Below, piece by piece: positions 63,615 to 64,000 of a DNA stretch of 64,000 bases (position 1 is the stretch's first letter; each line of letters opens with the position of its first letter). Under the pieces are notes generated by a model. The model made no database searches, was not told the origin of the DNA, and saw only the letters and a list, made by a program, of their open reading frames with translations. The DNA comes from Squalus acanthias (taxonomy: Eukaryota): positions 174,778,001 to 174,842,000 of the forward strand of contig CM059425.1 in assembly GCA_030390025.1 (NCBI GenBank). Reading direction: 5' to 3'. Both the position numbers and the translations under genes were made by a program.

Positions 63615-64000
63615 GAAAAAAGGTGGGACTAACAAATCTAGAGCCCCCTGGATGTCTAGGGACATACAGGGTAGGATAAAAAAAAATGGAGGCATATGAC
63701 AGATACTGAGGGCTAAATACTCCAGAATCTTTATAGGAGTACAGAAAGTGCAGGGGTGCAATTAAAAATGATATTAGGAAAGCAAAGAGAGAGCATGAAA
63801 AATTCTTGGCAAATAAAATCAAGGAAAACCCAAAGATGTTTTATAAATATATTAAGAGTAAGAGGATAACTAAAGAAAGGGTAGGGCCTATTAGAGATCA
63901 TGAGGGTAATCTGTGTGTGGAGGCGGGAGACGTCGGTCGGGTTCTTAATGAATACTTTGCGTCTGTTTTCACAAAGGAGAGGGGCGAAGCAGACATTGCT
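63615..64000 (+). mobile_element. CR1 ORF2 linker region running off the window
   Basis: IRKAKREHEKFLANKIKENPKMFYKYIKSKR...VLNEYFASVFTKE. Confidence 0.8.

Overview
Vertebrate genomic DNA, very probably from a cartilaginous fish (shark), judged from the repeat families. It is mostly intron or intergenic sequence densely filled with nested, decayed transposons: CR1 and L2 LINEs, tRNA-derived SINEs, three PIF/Harbinger copies, MITEs, Penelope fragments and one solo LTR. The only host gene I can support is the 5' end of APC (adenomatous polyposis coli) on the + strand. It has a recognisable promoter-1A/exon-1A homologue (~17890-18068), a ~38.9 kb intron, and the first coding exon (56966-57124, ATG 56984). 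The most notable observation is that splicing exon 1A to the first coding exon creates a 27-codon out-of-frame upstream ORF with two strong-Kozak AUGs. This ORF runs over the APC start codon and appears to match the human APC 5'UTR in position, frame and partly in peptide sequence. Other highlights are a 1.44 kb TG...CA solo LTR with a 4-bp TSD, Penelope-type minimal hammerhead ribozyme motifs (one in a perfect 44-bp hairpin insertion), a SINE sharing both ends with a neighbouring LINE, and an LF-SINE-like element. Comparisons to human or Repbase sequences are from memory and need alignment. Most repeat boundaries are approximate.
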